Source of the DNA: an uncultured bacterium
GTDB lineage: Bacteria; Fidelibacterota; Marinisomatia; Marinisomatales; TCS55
DNA: 64,000 nt
Direction: 5' to 3'
Assembly: GCA_964466265.1 (NCBI GenBank)
Contig: CAYXMX010000002.1
Span: 15,340-79,339 of the forward strand
Every line of letters begins with the position of its first letter. The stretch's first letter is position 1. The notes under the pieces are model-generated. The model did no database searches and was not told the origin of the DNA. It saw only the letters and a list, made by a program, of their open reading frames with translations. Below are positions 58,601 to 64,000 of this stretch, in pieces. The position numbers and the translations under genes are program-made.

Positions 58601-61600
58601 ACAGAAGGTACATTTGATCCGCTATCTCCCCAGGAATTTATCATGTGGAGAGAAATTCGTGCCGATGGATCTTATGCAAATGTGTTTTACCAAGATGGTC
58701 CTGAATTAGTCCAAGGGGCGATCTATACTATTTCTATTGAAGGAAGTGACCGTGCAGGAAATATTGCTTCCTTCGCCAGCGTGTCGGGTATTGTTTATGA
58801 TGCTATCCCACCTGTTGTATCTGTTTGGACAGCCGACTCCTCTTTATTCGTTAATCACAATCGTATTACTTACTCGATCAGTGAGGACATTAAAAGCGGG
58901 ACTATTATGTGGAAGGCAATGGGAGGGGAGAATGATCCATCTTCACCCCATATTATTAATTTGATAGCTGACGAATTGAAAGAAAGTAATCTTGAAAATT
59001 ATACGCTGATCAATGCCCCCAGTTTACACGATGGAACTCTATACTCAATTTCAATCTTTGTCAAGGATTTTGCCGGGAATACCAGCGAGACAGCAAAAAT
59101 GGATAATATCTTATTCGATGTTACTCCACCCATTTTGAAAATTGTTTCTCCAGGTGAAAATTATATTACTAAAGGAAGTGAACTGATTTTTTCAATTTCA
59201 GAAGATCTTTTAAATGGTAAAATAACCTGGCAGGGAAATAATGAAAATCTCATGGAAATATCAACCAGTTGGGATTTGCCGGATACTGTATTGAAACAGG
59301 GGCAATATATCTTAAATGAATATTATTATCCGCCTCTTGTTGACGGAGGTGTGTATTCAGTAACCATTACTGGCGAAGACCCTTCTGGAAATATTGCTGC
59401 TCCATCCAATATTTCCAATTACAGGATTGATAGAACATCACCTGTTTTTACTTCCCTTAAGCCTGAATCAGATTCATTTGTAAACCTCGATCATTTGGGA
59501 TATACATTGAGTGAGGAACTCCTCTCCGGGTCTGTCTTAATAAAATGGGATCTGGATCAAATAATAGTGCCACTAAAAAATGAAGAATTATTAGAAGGGG
59601 AGCATCCACTCAATCCATTATTGGCAAAATCGGAGTGGAGAAACGGTCGAAAATATACTATCGAATTTTCAGGAATTGATTTTGCCGGAAATGCTTCAGA
59701 TACATCAAAGATTGAGAATTTGGTTTACGATATTTCTCCACCGGTATTAGCAGTTCTACATCCAAATAATGATTCTTATGTACGATCATCATTGGTATCA
59801 TTTTCAGTTAACGAACAACTATTAGAAGAAGAATTGATATGGTTATCCGAATCTGGATCTCGGGTTGTAGAAAAACTAATTGATTCGAGTTTAACCGTTG
59901 GAGAACACTCATTAGAGCATATGTTAAGTTTGGTTGAAAAAATACCTTATTCTGTTTATATACAAGGGGTGGATCTGGCTGGAAATACAGGTAGATCACC
60001 TATTATAAATAATATACAATATGATACAACAAAACCAGAATTAGTCATATTGTTACCCTTAGAGAATTCAATAATTAATTATAAGGAGGTCACTTATCAT
60101 TTAAACGAGGATTTGAAAGAAGGAAAAATAATTTGGCAAAATTTAAATGGTTTAGATAAAAATCCGATCCATGAAATAATTCTAAAAAATAATGAACTGA
60201 TGGCCGGCGATCATTCGGATATTTCTTTCAATCAAAAACCGGAATTAGTTGAAAATGCTTCGTACATGGTAAGATTAGAGGGGACAGACTTGGCCGGAAA
60301 TAAAAACATCGCTAAACCGGTCCAAAAGTTTACTTATGATTCTTCTCCCCCAGTATTCTCGAATATTTCACTGAAATCAGAATCAATAATTAATCGTGTT
60401 AATCTTGAGTTTACTCTTAGCGAAGACATCCTTTCTGGTAAAGTAACATTTAGCAGAGTGGGAGGTGCATTGGATGATAAAAGTCCCCATTTTGTGAATT
60501 TGAGCGGTAGTAAACTGAAGCATGGGACGCAAGGAGGTGAGTTACCACTTGAATTGATTCCGTTAATCAACGGAGCTGTTTACAATATTGAATTTTATGG
60601 AGTAGATTTTGCTAAAAATGAATCTGGAGAAACATTAATTGAAAATGTTGCATTTGATAATAAGCCACCGGTTCTGTATATCAAAACCCCTCAAAACCAG
60701 TCATCGACCAATCAACTTTCCATTGATTATAGTATTAGTGAAGACATGGCCTCTGGCAGATTACTTATTGATATTGAATCCGGCAGTCAGCTAATCATTA
60801 ACCTGGATGAAAATGAAAGAAAATTGGGTGAATATTTTCAATTCCTCCCACAGGAGATTGGTAGATTAAATGATGGCATAACACTGAATATGACCTTGGA
60901 AGGAAGCGATGCTGCAGGAAATATGGCTACACCTTACACTGTCGAAAATGTCAGGTACGACACCACCCATCCAAAAGTCAATATAACGCTTCCTCTGAAC
61001 AATGACTTCGTGAACAATAATTCAATTTCACTGGAAATCAGTGAAAATTTAGCAGAAGGAAGATTGATCATTACTCAAACAGACGGTATTTTGGATAATC
61101 GTTCACCTCTAACCATCCCCTTTCAAACAAATGAAATGTTGCAGGGAGATTATAATCATATTCAATTGTCCATGGCTGTACCGCTGCTAAATGGCTCTAT
61201 TTATTCCTATGAATTTATTGGAAAGGATTTTGCGGGAAACGATGTTATCTCACAACCTGTTACCCATATTGTTTATGATAATGAACCTCCTGTAGTATCA
61301 TTGAGTAAACCTATCGACTCTGAGCAAATTAAAAATACAGAAATAAGCTACATATTATCTGATCATTTATCCCGGGGAGTAATTATTTTCGAAAGAACTG
61401 GGGGAACAACTGATCCTCATTCACCTCATATTATCAATCTGGAAGGATCCCAATTGCGACAAGGATCTCATATGGATGTTGAAATGAGAATAGTAGACTT
61501 GCTTGCAGATGGAGGAAAATATTCCATATCTATCCGAGGGTGGGATAAAGCGGGGAATGAATCACTCATTTCTTCTGTTAACAATATTCTTTTTGATGTC

Positions 61601-64000
61601 CTCCCGCCCATTTTGACTATTCACAAACCGATGAATGGGGATGCAATACATGAACCGATTGTCACCTTGGAAATGAGTGAAAAGCTGGCAGCAGGTACAT
61701 TAACATTTAAACAAATTGGTGGTGTAATTGACCCGGGGAGTCCCTATGAAATATCATTATTGTCACCCTACAATAGTCAGGGTATTTTTAAAGACATCAA
61801 TTTATCCAATGATGTTACTTTAATGGAGGGGGCTGTTTATTCCATTATATTCAAGGCACAAGATCCGGCCGGAAATATTTCTTTACCGGTGACTGTTTCG
61901 AATATCAGTTATGATATCACCCCTCCCAAGATTATTATATCGGATCCCGTGGAGAATTCACATTTAAATACGTTTTCAGTCTCATTTTCTATTGATGAGA
62001 ATTTGGTCATAGGTCAACTGGAAGTAAAGCGGACGCTGGGTAGCAAAGATGAAGGGAGTCCTCATTCTTTTAACTTAAAAGATAATCTTCTCATGGTGGG
62101 CACCCATACGATGGCAGTTCACGAACTTACAGAACTGATAAGTGGATCAGAGTATATGATTCGGTTAAGCGGGATGGATCGAGCAGGGAACGAAGCCATT
62201 TCTACGGAAGTTGGCCAATTAATATACGATGTTGATCCTCCCATAATGGAGATTATATCACCCTTGACCGGGACAAAAGTAAATCATTCTGTAATTGGGT
62301 TTTCTATTAATGAATCTTTGCAGAATTTAAAAATAATCTGGGTGGATGAAAATGGGCTCGAAGTTACCAGAAATCTCCCGGAAAAATATTATATCCCTCA
62401 AAGGTTTACTCAAGTTGTTTTGAATGATAAACCCCAGTTAGTGAGTGGATCAACTTACTCTATAATCTTGGAGGGAACCGATCTAGCAAGGAATACATCC
62501 GAGACCGAAATCAATCAAATAGAATTTGATAATACTCCACCCCAGTTTACTTTAGCTGATCCATTATCCGGCGATTTCATCAACCGTACTTATATTCAAT
62601 TTGAGTCCAGTGAACCTCTAGAATCTGGTCAGCTTATTTGGAAAGCTGTCGGGGGAATTCCCGACCCACTCAGTCCTCGAGAAGTAGAGTTGGTTAATGA
62701 CGAGCTAATTTACTTCATGGTTTCATCTGGTGACTTAGCTAACCAAATGCCATTGCAAGATGGAACAGTGTATCAAATCATCATAGCCGGTAGAGACCTT
62801 GCAGAAAATGAAAGCCAAATGGTCCTGGCCGACCAGGTTCATTATGATATCACCGCACCTGTGCTTCAGCTAATATCACCAGAAAATAACACATGGGTCA
62901 ATAATGATGATGTGCAGTTTAGCATCAGTGAAAATCTTCAATCTGGCAAAATAACCTGGGTGAGGAAATCAGGTGAAAATGATCCTGTCATTCATACGAT
63001 TGATTTAAAGAGCAATCAATGGGTAGCGGGAACCCACTCTACTTCGGGGCTGGATAATGTACCTTTGATCAGTGGTGTCCAATATCAGATTGAAATAACT
63101 GGAATAGATTTAGCAGGGAACCCTTCGACAAATACTGATTTCAAAATCATTTATTTTGACACTACAGCACCAACGTTAGTTATTAATCAACCAACAGTTG
63201 GTTCATATATTAATCACAAAAATATTTCTTTCTCAGCATCAGAACCTTTAAAATCAGGATCTTTGCAGTTAATAGATCAGAAGTCAGGTGTCATACAAGA
63301 AGTGCTCCTTTCCGGTGAAGAATTGACTATTCTGGATTGGCCAAATAAACCATTAGCTCGTTCATTACCCATCAAAGACGGGGAGATTTATACATATCAA
63401 TTGATTGGAACTGATCTTGCCGGAAATAGAGGTATGTCTGTGAAAGTGCCAGATGTCACGTATGATATATCGAAACCTGTTTTTAAAATAACCAGACCCA
63501 GAGAAAATTATGTAAATATTGAAGGAATTACTTCCTATACTCTCAATGAAGACCTTGTCTCTGGAACGGAAACATGGGTACGTACCGGCGGAAAAATTCT
63601 TGGACCTGTTGCGACGGCCAACATCCCCCAAGTCCTTGAATTAGTGGGGGAGGAGTTACTGGCGGGCGATCACGTTAATATTCAATTTGCCAACGCTCCA
63701 GAATTAAATGCAACGACGAAATATAAGCTTACATTGCAGGGAATAGATAAAGCGGGTAATGAGAGTCTCACCGTCTCAGTAGATGGAGTAGAATTTATTC
63801 CTGATTTAAGGGGAAACTGGTTATTTAAGGGAGCCATCATGACAGTCGTCTGGACGTTTGATCCTGATGAAGGAGTCGACGATCAGTCGACTGGAACATT
63901 CTCCCAAGGAATGCAAATGGGAACTAAGATTAGTAACCAGGAATTCGGTCGATATTCGATTAATTATTCAAAGGTGCCTTGGGAAATGACATATACAATG
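55637..64000 (+). CDS. giant secreted repeat protein, 5' portion (at least 2788 codons; continues beyond the window)
   Basis: ATG 55637 and signal peptide MKRALCVFSLVIVGVLAFAATP. I hand-translated 55637-59470 and 63782-64000 in this frame and found no stop. The (Y/F)D-x-x-PP repeat motif stays in this frame at 23 sites up to 63461. The ORF is absent from the track only because it has no stop in the window. Confidence 0.88.
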   Translation, partial: MKRALCVFSLVIVGVLAFAATPTVRFYLTELDFISSQPVPESETQFRSHIKATFDEENNIIKKTYIDPNGKINQSEIFTYDSTHTLIYKDIYLSGTQLIKQLLFGMEEKAVDYVEYVYGVDTVKDWTDRFSILDYNQLSQLVNHAFFDVNAFQYGFTHFEYDSLGYLSKEEWVREPSGKTMRLWNHFFDPATQLTRIMQYDSNGVLVQDFQLSPDGTESIFWFKNLTDSLFINHTLISFSNESYLDWGKVIWIRVDTTDACCDSIEYLLPKQFLVKGHFTVNTGLDSFLVDSATYDIVFTGKGSSGYDATERRVNGIQYDVSSPLFELFTRQFINKPIISFRQSEPTISAVLVWMEMDDTTQIVTSIFDSTDLTWAGKGMFTPSQQPSLKDSIYYSVRIYGTDRAGNQSNPIEVDSVFFDVRAPSLMISSPLTGEFRNNLSLIFSLNEPLQSWKVSVKSVGGEPDPNSPYLLEMDSSLFDLSEIEKDLADEFQLNDGTIYQLILSGIDRAGNVSRALIVDSVTYDISPPVLTTIYPATGAAINQTTISYSINEPLRAGEFRWEQTEGTMDSSAPHIIVLMEEELSLGDHINILLENQTELTDGASYSLLFVGQDKAGNDGIAPNHINILYDAVPPKFTQVKPRRGSAINQGHVSYTLSENTKEGTFTWKWIGGIKDPISVHTAQLMNDEKNAGVHDSLLLSQSPELVDGGIYSIELNATDRAGNDAETITIENILYDFTPPTITIIYPVSMSFLPHKKWSYSLSETLEEGSFFIRRTGGAEDRNSPYRIVLNNKEKSAGDHDDIQLMLMPDIVEGTIYELSFAGRDRANNTTESFSLPNIQYDFTPPVVSILDLSDSTDVNHQLISFEFSEKLKEAWITWEYTGGVNDPNVIHKQPLIDGELNKGIHSNTQILNSPQLVDGSVYKISIFGFDRAGNKSNVSVVNKIRYDVTAPMVNVTYPITQTYVSSPAISFNLSEKLFYGKIIYTQTEGTFDPLSPQEFIMWREIRADGSYANVFYQDGPELVQGAIYTISIEGSDRAGNIASFASVSGIVYDAIPPVVSVWTADSSLFVNHNRITYSISEDIKSGTIMWKAMGGENDPSSPHIINLIADELKESNLENYTLINAPSLHDGTLYSISIFVKDFAGNTSETAKMDNILFDVTPPILKIVSPGENYITKGSELIFSISEDLLNGKITWQGNNENLMEISTSWDLPDTVLKQGQYILNEYYYPPLVDGGVYSVTITGEDPSGNIAAPSNISNYRIDRTSPVFTSLKPESDSFVNLDHLGYTLSEELLSGSVLIKWDLDQIIVPLKNEELLEGEHPLNPLLAKSEWRNGRKYTIEFSGIDFAGNASDTSKIENLVYDISPPVLAVLHPNNDSYVRSSLVSFSVNEQLLEEELIWLSESGSRVVEKLIDSSLTVGEHSLEHMLSLVEKIPYSVYIQGVDLAGNTGRSPIINNIQYDTTKPELVILLPLENSIINYKEVTYHLNEDLKEGKIIWQNLNGLDKNPIHEIILKNNELMAGDHSDISFNQKPELVENASYMVRLEGTDLAGNKNIAKPVQKFTYDSSPPVFSNISLKSESIINRVNLEFTLSEDILSGKVTFSRVGGALDDKSPHFVNLSGSKLKHGTQGGELPLELIPLINGAVYNIEFYGVDFAKNESGETLIENVAFDNKPPVLYIKTPQNQSSTNQLSIDYSISEDMASGRLLIDIESGSQLIINLDENERKLGEYFQFLPQEIGRLNDGITLNMTLEGSDAAGNMATPYTVENVRYDTTHPKVNITLPLNNDFVNNNSISLEISENLAEGRLIITQTDGILDNRSPLTIPFQTNEMLQGDYNHIQLSMAVPLLNGSIYSYEFIGKDFAGNDVISQPVTHIVYDNEPPVVSLSKPIDSEQIKNTEISYILSDHLSRGVIIFERTGGTTDPHSPHIINLEGSQLRQGSHMDVEMRIVDLLADGGKYSISIRGWDKAGNESLISSVNNILFDVLPPILTIHKPMNGDAIHEPIVTLEMSEKLAAGTLTFKQIGGVIDPGSPYEISLLSPYNSQGIFKDINLSNDVTLMEGAVYSIIFKAQDPAGNISLPVTVSNISYDITPPKIIISDPVENSHLNTFSVSFSIDENLVIGQLEVKRTLGSKDEGSPHSFNLKDNLLMVGTHTMAVHELTELISGSEYMIRLSGMDRAGNEAISTEVGQLIYDVDPPIMEIISPLTGTKVNHSVIGFSINESLQNLKIIWVDENGLEVTRNLPEKYYIPQRFTQVVLNDKPQLVSGSTYSIILEGTDLARNTSETEINQIEFDNTPPQFTLADPLSGDFINRTYIQFESSEPLESGQLIWKAVGGIPDPLSPREVELVNDELIYFMVSSGDLANQMPLQDGTVYQIIIAGRDLAENESQMVLADQVHYDITAPVLQLISPENNTWVNNDDVQFSISENLQSGKITWVRKSGENDPVIHTIDLKSNQWVAGTHSTSGLDNVPLISGVQYQIEITGIDLAGNPSTNTDFKIIYFDTTAPTLVINQPTVGSYINHKNISFSASEPLKSGSLQLIDQKSGVIQEVLLSGEELTILDWPNKPLARSLPIKDGEIYTYQLIGTDLAGNRGMSVKVPDVTYDISKPVFKITRPRENYVNIEGITSYTLNEDLVSGTETWVRTGGKILGPVATANIPQVLELVGEELLAGDHVNIQFANAPELNATTKYKLTLQGIDKAGNESLTVSVDGVEFIPDLRGNWLFKGAIMTVVWTFDPDEGVDDQSTGTFSQGMQMGTKISNQEFGRYSINYSKVPWEMTYTM
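56591..63790 (+). repeat. 23 tandem diverged coding repeats (modal 318 nt / 106 aa) inside the giant ORF, Ig-like (SbsA/Big_5-like) by motif
   Basis: Motif starts: 56591, 56891, 57206, 57524, 57842, 58160, 58478, 58796, 59114, 59426, 59726, 60020, 60335, 60653, 60956, 61274, 61592, 61910, 62225, 62525, 62843, 63155, 63461. Each unit starts YD.TPP...I..P and ends G.D.AGN. Confidence 0.85.

Noticed and set aside
315-58964. Short + strand ORFs nested in other frames of longer genes (for example 315..554, 3303..3485, 3817..4017, 8357..8617, 24586..24783, 36302..36583, 53084..53302, 55294..55518, 56505..56693, 58737..58964)
   Set aside because: Each overlaps a longer ORF with recognisable motifs or repeat structure in another frame. 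None has its own motif or start context.
56591-63790. The 318-nt periodicity as a CRISPR array or satellite DNA
   Set aside because: The repeat units are not identical at nucleotide level and there is no short repeat/spacer alternation. The period is a multiple of 3 and held in a single open frame, with conservation at amino-acid motif level, so these are coding domain repeats.

Overview
This is an AT-rich, very gene-dense chromosomal segment. Its markers point to an FCB-superphylum-type bacterium: a T9SS C-terminal sorting domain, a PorV/PorQ-like barrel, a GWxTD protein, a DUF5683-like protein and BamD. I cannot place it more precisely. Every credible gene (about 58 CDS plus one tRNA-Ser) lies on the + strand, and many are joined by 1-35 nt start/stop overlaps. 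All minus-strand ORFs in the track look like antisense shadows. Most of the content is housekeeping: trxA-trxB, a heptose-7-P kinase, mreBCD-mrdA-rodA, glyA, a TatT-associated TRAP transporter, an outer-membrane/T9SS-linked block ending in bamD, nadD, ftsEX, hrcA-grpE-dnaJ, comEA, rsmD, coaD, icd, obg and dprA. Four things stand out. (1) The last 8.4 kb looks empty in the ORF track but is one open-ended ORF of at least 2788 codons (55637 to the window end). It encodes a signal-peptide protein with 23 tandem, diverged repeats of about 106 aa. (2) A 738-bp gap (51599-52336) is by far the largest non-coding stretch. It holds sub-cutoff mini-ORFs, a stem that can sequester a ribosome-binding site, and the only minus-strand terminator-like signal in the window. 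(3) Just downstream sit three tandem paralogous 7-TM membrane proteins. The third carries an apparent 1-nt frameshift, and all three lie next to an Ntn-type acylase. (4) The outer-membrane block has unusual architectures: a PorV-like barrel with an insert of about 150 aa rich in Asp and Gly, a T9SS cargo protein without HExxH, and a protein combining a peptidase-MA-like domain, a PD40 propeller and an Omp85-like barrel. I found no CRISPR array, rRNA, transposase, integrase or recognisable defence system. All family names come from motifs read by eye in the translations, not from searches.
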